A stretch of 64,000 nt of DNA. Origin: an uncultured virus (IMG/VR IMGVR_UViG_3300042993_000002). Taxonomy: Duplodnaviria; Heunggongvirae; Uroviricota; Caudoviricetes. A program made the translations under genes and the position numbers. The stretch lies in IMG/VR virus record IMGVR_UViG_3300042993_000002. The stretch is one strand, 5' to 3'. The notes beneath the pieces are model-generated. The model searched no databases and had not been told where the DNA came from. It saw only the letters and a program-made list of their open reading frames with translations. Positions 58,952-64,000 of this stretch are shown in pieces. The number at the start of each line of letters is the position of its first letter. Within the stretch, counting starts at the first letter, position 1.

Positions 58952-59029
58952 ATGAAACTGGTGAAAGGATAGAAGCACTCCTAGCTTCTAATTGCCCCTG
59001 TTACAGCGCTAACAGGTCCGATCATAAAT

Positions 59030-59116
59030 TGGCTGGCACGGTAGGACTCGAACCTACAAGACTTTTCAGAAGAGCGGTTAACAGCCGCTTGCAGTACCAA
59101 TTATGCTTACATGCCA
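59030..59116 (-). tRNA. tRNA-Asn(GTT) with long variable arm
   Basis: loop CT-GTT-AA, G73, CCA. Confidence 0.8.
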
Positions 59117-59184
59117 ATGTAATTAGTCTGTGAGAGATTTACAAGTCCACAGCGACTTGACAGCATGGGGAGCAACCCAGTGTT

Positions 59185-59265
59185 TGGTTGCGAAAGGTGG
59201 AATCGAACCACTTGCGTCCGGTTATGAGCCGGTTGACACTTGCCTTGCGTCTTAGCGCTCTCGCA
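59185..59265 (-). tRNA. tRNA-Met(CAT), atypical D-arm
   Basis: loop CT-CAT-AA, T-arm, CCA. Confidence 0.7.
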
Positions 59266-59271
59266 TTTATT

Positions 59272-59347
59272 TGGTCGCCAGAATAGGATTTGAACCTACA
59301 ACCTCCCGCTTATCAAGCAGTTGCTCCACCAATTGAGCTATCCGGCA
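59272..59347 (-). tRNA. tRNA-Ile(GAT)
   Basis: loop TT-GAT-AA, canonical D-arm, CCA. Confidence 0.85.
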
Positions 59348-59352
59348 ATGTT

Positions 59353-59428
59353 TGGTGCTGAAGGTCAGATTCGAACTGACGGCATCCACGTTACAAAGGT
59401 GGTCACTTGGCCACTAGCGTACTTCAGC
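59353..59428 (-). tRNA. tRNA-Thr(TGT)
   Basis: loop TT-TGT-AA, CCA. Confidence 0.8.
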
Positions 59429-59434
59429 ATTGTT

Positions 59435-59510
59435 TGGCGGGCTATATGGGATTTGAACCCACAACTGACACATCGACAGTGTGCCTTCCTTCCCAGAGGA
59501 AACATAACCC
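59435..59510 (-). tRNA. tRNA-Asp(GTC)
   Basis: loop CT-GTC-GA, G73, CCA. Confidence 0.8.
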
Positions 59511-59515
59511 TTATT

Positions 59516-59592
59516 TGGTACTCTCGGTGGGACTCGAACCCAACATCCGCTGATTGAAAGTCAGCGATCCTATACCTTTAGACGACGAGAGC
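59516..59592 (-). tRNA. tRNA-Glu(TTC)
   Basis: loop CT-TTC-AA, CCA. Confidence 0.85.
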
Positions 59593-59601
59593 ATTTGTTC
59601 T

Positions 59602-59724
59602 TTAGCGAACCACGCTTGGTGGCTTGCCAGCTTTGTTCTTGTTTGGGTGACGGCCTTTCGCATCTTTACGCGATTGCTTGTCTACCGGAGCATGTTCTTT
59701 GGTTGCATCGTAATACTTTGCCAT
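59602..59724 (-). CDS. small basic peptide (40 aa) inside tRNA cluster
   Basis: AAGGAG RBS; MAKYYDATKEHAPVDKQSRKDAKGRHPNKNKAGKPPSVVR. Confidence 0.55.
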   Translation of the reverse strand: MAKYYDATKEHAPVDKQSRKDAKGRHPNKNKAGKPPSVVR

Positions 59725-59749
59725 TTCATTTTCTCCTTTACTTATAATT

Positions 59750-59826
59750 TGGTAGATGACAGGGGAGTCGAACCCATACCTCTTCCGTTCGTAGCGGAAG
59801 GCTCTGTCCAGTTAAGCTAATCATCT
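59750..59826 (-). tRNA. tRNA-Arg(ACG)
   Basis: loop CT-ACG-AA, CCA. Confidence 0.85.
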
Positions 59827-59846
59827 ATTGTCTTGCTTATGTCCTC

Positions 59847-59874
59847 ATTGTATACGACAAATCAACTTTGTCAA
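59847..59874 (-). promoter_or_regulatory. internal tRNA-cluster promoter
   Basis: TTGACA-N16-TACAAT. Confidence 0.65.
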
Positions 59875-59898
59875 GCATATTTTGAAAACATTTTGATG

Positions 59899-59978
59899 TG
59901 GCAGATGTGGAGGGATTCGAACCCACATTTTCATCCATTACGCTTGTCTCGCTTAGAAGGCGAGCACGGTACACATCT
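59899..59978 (-). tRNA. atypical tRNA-Arg(TCT) lacking a D-arm
   Basis: perfect acceptor stem, loop CT-TCT-AA, T-arm, GCCA. Confidence 0.65.
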
Positions 59979-59982
59979 ATAT

Positions 59983-60058
59983 TGGCGGGCACCCAAGGAT
60001 TCGAACCTCGACCACAGGGATTTGGAGTCCCGCATGCTGCCGTTACAACAGGCACCCT
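59983..60058 (-). tRNA. tRNA-Trp(CCA)
   Basis: loop CT-CCA-AA, G73, CCA. Confidence 0.85.
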
Positions 60059-60213
60059 TAATTAGTGATGAAGTTTAATGTCGATCATCACGACAGACTC
60101 TGAGTTGGCTTCAGAGAACCCCAAGGCGCGAGGTATTTGTACTGAGAGGTGAGGATACAACCTCACATCTTCCGCAGCTCACCCACGGTGCTTTACTTAA
60201 GCTACTCTCAATT

Positions 60214-60290
60214 TGGAAGAGGGAGTGGGGGTCGAACCCACAATTGCTGGATTCAAAGTCCAGTGCGTCTACCAGTTCCGCCATCCCTCA
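60214..60290 (-). tRNA. tRNA-Gln(TTG)
   Basis: loop CT-TTG-AA, CCA. Confidence 0.85.
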
Positions 60291-60429
60291 ATTAATTAGT
60301 ACCGAGATAGACCAGCCGTGACTAGTATTGAGCCAGTCTATCTCTAGCATGAGAGGGCGCTTGTCACCAACTAACATCCCCCAGACGGAGGATACGAGGG
60401 TCGAACTCGTCTGACGTTTCTCATGTGTT

Positions 60430-60518
60430 TGGTGCCCCTAGTGAGATTCGAACTCACAACACCTTCCGGCGTGCTGGCTTCTAAGACCAGTGCGTACTGC
60501 CAATACCGCCACAGGGGC
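60430..60518 (-). tRNA. tRNA-Leu(TAG)
   Basis: loop CT-TAG-AA, long variable arm, A73. Confidence 0.85.
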
Positions 60519-60531
60519 AAATCTTTAAATT

Positions 60532-60608
60532 TGGTGGGCCTTCCCAGACTCGAACTGGGAACATCTTCATTTTGAGTGAAGCATGACTGCCAATTGCATC
60601 AAAGGCCC
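60532..60608 (-). tRNA. tRNA-Leu(CAA) with short variable loop
   Basis: loop CT-CAA-AA, A73, CCA. Confidence 0.8.
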
Positions 60609-60615
60609 GTTTGTT

Positions 60616-60705
60616 TGGCAGCGGGTAAAGGAATCGAACCCTCACCGGCTACTAACCAGTGGGACGGTTTTCTAAACCGCTTCTTCACCATGAAGCCTAC
60701 CCGCT
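60616..60705 (-). tRNA. tRNA-Ser(AGA)
   Basis: GCGGT-TTAGAAA-ACCGT; long variable arm, G73. Confidence 0.75.
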
Positions 60706-60829
60706 ATAAATTTTGAGGTTCTACTTGGGAATCGTACCCCTGCCGGACTATCGCAACATTCCGAGTGCAACCCAGCCGCGAACCCTCACGCTGATGCATT
60801 TTTCTTTTCAGGGGCGACCTGAACATTCT

Positions 60830-60919
60830 TGGTAGCGAATGAAGGATTCGAACCTTCGGACCCCTTTCAGAGTCTATGGATTAGCAATCCACTGCAATCG
60901 GCCCCTCTGCCAATTCGCT
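60830..60919 (-). tRNA. tRNA-Ser(GCT)
   Basis: loop TT-GCT-AA, long variable arm. Confidence 0.85.
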
Positions 60920-60924
60920 ATGTT

Positions 60925-61002
60925 TGGTTGGACGCCCCGGACTTGAACCGGGAACCTACCGGGTAAAAGCCGGTTATTCTAAGCCAATTGAATTAGCGTC
61001 CA
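60925..61002 (-). tRNA. tRNA-Lys(TTT)
   Basis: loop CT-TTT-AC, CCA. Confidence 0.85.
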
Positions 61003-61015
61003 TCTTGTGTCGGTC

Positions 61016-61043
61016 ATTCTACACGTTTTCAAAGCCGTGTCAA
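61016..61043 (-). promoter_or_regulatory. promoter heading the tRNA cluster
   Basis: TTGACA-N16-TAGAAT. Confidence 0.7.
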
Positions 61044-61054
61044 CAACTATTTTA

Positions 61055-61378
61055 TCAGAAATCAAATACAACGCCTTTCGGCTTATCATCAGTATCTGTA
61101 TTCATTTCATTGTTACCATCGTCTCTGGCTGCTGCTTGCTTCAGCATTGCATCTGCCTTTAGCATAGCCATGAACATATTGATCAAATCTTGATTCATTT
61201 TGAACTGCTTGTCAACAGGCAATTCAGGATTGGAGGCTAGCTCGACAATCTTTTCTGCTGCTCTGCCGAAATAACGCTTCAGCGTCTTCAAGCCTACGTC
61301 AAGGTCTGTCTTTGTCATACCACGAGCAGCAAGCTCAGCATTCGAAGGACGACCACCTTTGTTCTTCGGTGCTGTCAT
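61055..61378 (-). CDS. hypothetical protein, candidate terminase small subunit
   Basis: N-terminal KGGRPS, helical body, upstream of packaging module. Confidence 0.45.
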   Translation of the reverse strand: MTAPKNKGGRPSNAELAARGMTKTDLDVGLKTLKRYFGRAAEKIVELASNPELPVDKQFKMNQDLINMFMAMLKADAMLKQAAARDDGNNEMNTDTDDKPKGVVFDF

Positions 61379-61532
61379 ATCTACCTCTGGTGTGTTTCGA
61401 ATAAGGTGAAGACGGTAGACTTACACACCGAAAGGAGGATAACAGCGACGCTCCGTCTTCAAATAGGAATTATTTGTTTGTATATGCACATTGTAATACG
61501 ACAATGTGTTTCTGTCAAGCGATTTCGCACGG

Positions 61533-61718
61533 TTAATCAAAAGATTGTTTCGGTTGTGTAACACCCTCAGAGGGATACGCACCACACACGTATTCACGTT
61601 CTGTGATAGCCCAGAATGCGAGGTATCTGCAATGACCGCATAAATCATCCTCGAATCCTGTAGATTTTGATTGTGTATTTCTATAAGTCATGATATTGTC
61701 ACAGCATTTACACCTCAT
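61533..61718 (-). CDS. small Zn-finger-like protein
   Basis: CKCC...LCGHC. Confidence 0.6.
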   Translation of the reverse strand: MRCKCCDNIMTYRNTQSKSTGFEDDLCGHCRYLAFWAITEREYVCGAYPSEGVTQPKQSFD

Positions 61719-61834
61719 AGATATATAATCCTTTAGTAATATTACTAGTTAAATAGTTATTATATATTTATTAATACTAGTAATATTATTTAATAAATAT
61801 ATAAATCAAAAGAAGTGTTCTTGTTGATAAGTGC

Positions 61835-61896
61835 AGTATAACCATAGAATCTCTTGATGTCAAGAGGGTTGACAAAAAGATTTTCCATGATAAGAT
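61835..61896. promoter_or_regulatory. back-to-back divergent sigma70 promoters
   Basis: minus TTGACA-N17-TATACT; plus TTGACA-N16-TAAGAT at the strand switch. Confidence 0.7.
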
Positions 61897-61930
61897 GCTT
61901 TTACAAACAAATAACCAAAGGAGATATTAG

Positions 61931-62380
61931 GTGAACCAATCTGTACAAATCACTGAAGTGAACGCTCTTCACTTCCTGCAAGCCATCGAAGAAGCCATTG
62001 CTGATGGATTTTATTCTAACACGTCCATTGCAGCTTACCCGCAACTGACAACCTTCCCACTTCAAGTGCGTATGTTCAAAGGTGACAAGCCTGAGCTTCG
62101 GTTCGATCTTGGTGCTGAAGTCGTTGAAGCTAACATCGCTGAATACGATCCAATCACTTTCATCCTGAATTTCCAGTCTGCTGTGCTGCAAGGCTTCAGT
62201 GTTCAGGACAAGGGAACGAACATCGATCCTGTGGGCCTTAAGCTCGCGTCTATGCGACGTTCTGTGCAAACCAAGGCCGTGGTATTGGATTTGGATGGAG
62301 ACGCCCCAGAGAGTGCTACAGAGGCTCCAAAGCAAACCAAACAACCAGCTCGTAAACAATCCAAATCGAAGGAGGCATAA
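61931..62380 (+). CDS. hypothetical protein
   Basis: AAGGAG RBS plus GTG. Confidence 0.7.
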   Translation: MNQSVQITEVNALHFLQAIEEAIADGFYSNTSIAAYPQLTTFPLQVRMFKGDKPELRFDLGAEVVEANIAEYDPITFILNFQSAVLQGFSVQDKGTNIDPVGLKLASMRRSVQTKAVVLDLDGDAPESATEAPKQTKQPARKQSKSKEA

Positions 62381-62383
62381 AAC

Positions 62384-62740
62384 ATGACCGAACAAGCCGT
62401 AGTCAAACTAACCAAAGCCCAGAAGGAATTCTTCGGTGCATTTGCATTCAACGCTGTAACAGGTTTGCTGGTAGCAGTGCATGAAATGAATAACAGTGAT
62501 ACTGCTGTCGAGGAATTGGTTGGTAAGGTGCAAGACACTGACCTGACCGCACTGACACAACTCATTGGGGAGAAATTCCTTGAGCGTGTTGACTTCGCCA
62601 CTTTGAAGAAAGTTGATAAATTCCTCAAGTCTGAAGATGCTGTAAACGTTGTTGTTGCTTCTACCGAAGTGTCCAATAGCATCAACGATGTTCTGATTAA
62701 AATCGTTTCCACTCTGATCCCATCTGGCGAAGCGGAGTAA
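62384..62740 (+). CDS. hypothetical protein
   Basis: GGAGG RBS; followed by hairpin. Confidence 0.7.
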   Translation: MTEQAVVKLTKAQKEFFGAFAFNAVTGLLVAVHEMNNSDTAVEELVGKVQDTDLTALTQLIGEKFLERVDFATLKKVDKFLKSEDAVNVVVASTEVSNSINDVLIKIVSTLIPSGEAE

Positions 62741-62782
62741 AATCATCAAGGGGCTACGGCCCCTATTTCATGGAGGTGTGCA

Positions 62783-63544
62783 TTGGCTAAAAGAAACCAA
62801 CAACAAGTAAAGGCAGCCCGTCAATCCCAGAAGGAAGAACGTGGCCGTGTTGTGCAACCCAAGTTTGTAGATGCTCGTGCTGAAGGTCGTCAGGCACAGA
62901 ACACAACGCCACTGAAGCCACGTAATGAGAAACAGGTAGCGTATATCCGGTCCATCATGGAAAACCCTCTGACAGTCGCTACAGGCTTCGCAGGGACAGC
63001 AAAGACATACATCCCTACAGTGATGGCGTGCGATGCTTACCTGAAAGGTGAGATTGATAAGATTGTGTTTACTCGCCCAAACATTTCCAATAGTAAATCA
63101 CTTGGTATGTTCAAAGGTAGTGCGATTGAGAAGATGGAAATGTGGCTGATGCCAGTAATCAACATTCTCCGTGATCGCCTGACAACTGGTGGACTTGAAA
63201 CTGCGATTGAAAATGGCAACATCATCTTTATGCCTCTGGAAGTTGTGAAGGGTTACAGTGCTGAGAAGTGCTTCTTCATTGTGGACGAAGGCGAAGACAT
63301 TACAATTGATGAAGCTCGTAAGATCGTTACCCGTCAAGGTCATGGCTGCAAGATGGTTATCAGCGGTGACGTGTCTCAGAGTGAGCTGAAGGAACGTTCT
63401 GGTTTGAAGTGGATCGCACACATGACTCAGAAATACAGCGGCTTGGCCGTAGGGTACGTAGACTTCAACCATGTCAATGATATTGAACGTGGCGAAGCTT
63501 GCAAACAGTGGATTATCGCAATCAATAAGGAGGACAATGAATGA
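62783..63544 (+). CDS. phoH: PhoH-family ATPase
   Basis: GFAGTAKT, TRP, VDE, TR.G...K..GD..Q motifs. Confidence 0.9.
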   Translation: MAKRNQQQVKAARQSQKEERGRVVQPKFVDARAEGRQAQNTTPLKPRNEKQVAYIRSIMENPLTVATGFAGTAKTYIPTVMACDAYLKGEIDKIVFTRPNISNSKSLGMFKGSAIEKMEMWLMPVINILRDRLTTGGLETAIENGNIIFMPLEVVKGYSAEKCFFIVDEGEDITIDEARKIVTRQGHGCKMVISGDVSQSELKERSGLKWIAHMTQKYSGLAVGYVDFNHVNDIERGEACKQWIIAINKEDNE

Positions 63545-64000
63545 ACGAAGAAAAACCAAACCGTATCATGATGCGTGAGAATGTTAGTCGTGGCTACGTG
63601 ATCCGTATCTGCCGACCTATCACTGAAGTCGATGATTTCGATGACGAACTTCAAGTGCTGGCAGGTGCAGGACCAAATGATACTGTCAAGCTGATCCTGA
63701 ATACACCGGGTGGCAGCGTAGACACAGCCTTGATTCTGTGCAAAGCTCTGCGGGCTTGTGAGGCACGTACAAGCGCTTTCATCGGCTTCACGTGTGCATC
63801 GGCAGGGACAACCATTGCGTTGGCCTGTGACGAATGGGAGATTGATGAATACAGCAGCTTTATGGTTCACACTGGATCGTATGGGCTCGGTTATGACTCT
63901 GCTCCAAACGTCTTTGCATGTGCTCAGCATATGGAGAAGATGATCAACCGCTTCGTAGAAAACACCTATACAGGCTTCCTGACTCCGGCTGAAATGGAGG
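63541..64000 (+). CDS. ClpP-like serine protease (runs off window end)
   Basis: ATGA overlap with phoH; LNTPGGSV, CASAGT, FMVH. Confidence 0.85.
   Translation, partial: MNEEKPNRIMMRENVSRGYVIRICRPITEVDDFDDELQVLAGAGPNDTVKLILNTPGGSVDTALILCKALRACEARTSAFIGFTCASAGTTIALACDEWEIDEYSSFMVHTGSYGLGYDSAPNVFACAQHMEKMINRFVENTYTGFLTPAEME

Noticed and set aside
58070..61002. Stop-codon suppressor tRNA or genetic-code reassignment
   Set aside because: No CUA, UUA or UCA anticodon was found, and genes read cleanly in the standard code.
1100..61193. Many long plus-strand ORFs (e.g. 17604-18743, 21938-23131, 47403-48503, 50419-51510)
   Set aside because: Antisense shadows of well-supported minus-strand genes; no recognisable motifs.

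Overview
A 64-kb segment of a lytic myovirus genome. By gene order it looks like a PAK_P1/phiPsa374-type Pseudomonas phage (inference, no database search). Almost all genes from 375 to 61.7 kb are on the minus strand. In order: small early/accessory genes (incl. a TIGYGD potassium channel, an HNH protein, a nucleotidyltransferase-like protein, an XRE HTH); nucleotide metabolism (nrdA, nrdB, thyX, two pyrophosphatase-like genes); replication (exonucleases, SSB-like protein, family A polymerase, primase-helicase) with a PL7 alginate-lyase gene inside it; lysis genes; three receptor-binding proteins; a contractile tail, head and terminase module; and a cluster of 23 tRNA genes covering all 20 amino acids, interspersed with atypical tRNA-like RNAs. 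A divergent plus-strand unit (phoH, partial ClpP-like gene) starts at ~61.9 kb. The best candidate for an undescribed system is at 24.9-25.9 kb. It is a self-contained transcription unit: promoter with a palindromic spacer, a 210-aa coiled-coil protein, a ~290-nt putative ncRNA, and a terminator. The RNA has a closing stem, a tRNA-like T-arm and 11 consecutive ~7-nt units mostly ending in AA. All calls were made by eye, and protein family assignments need HMM confirmation.
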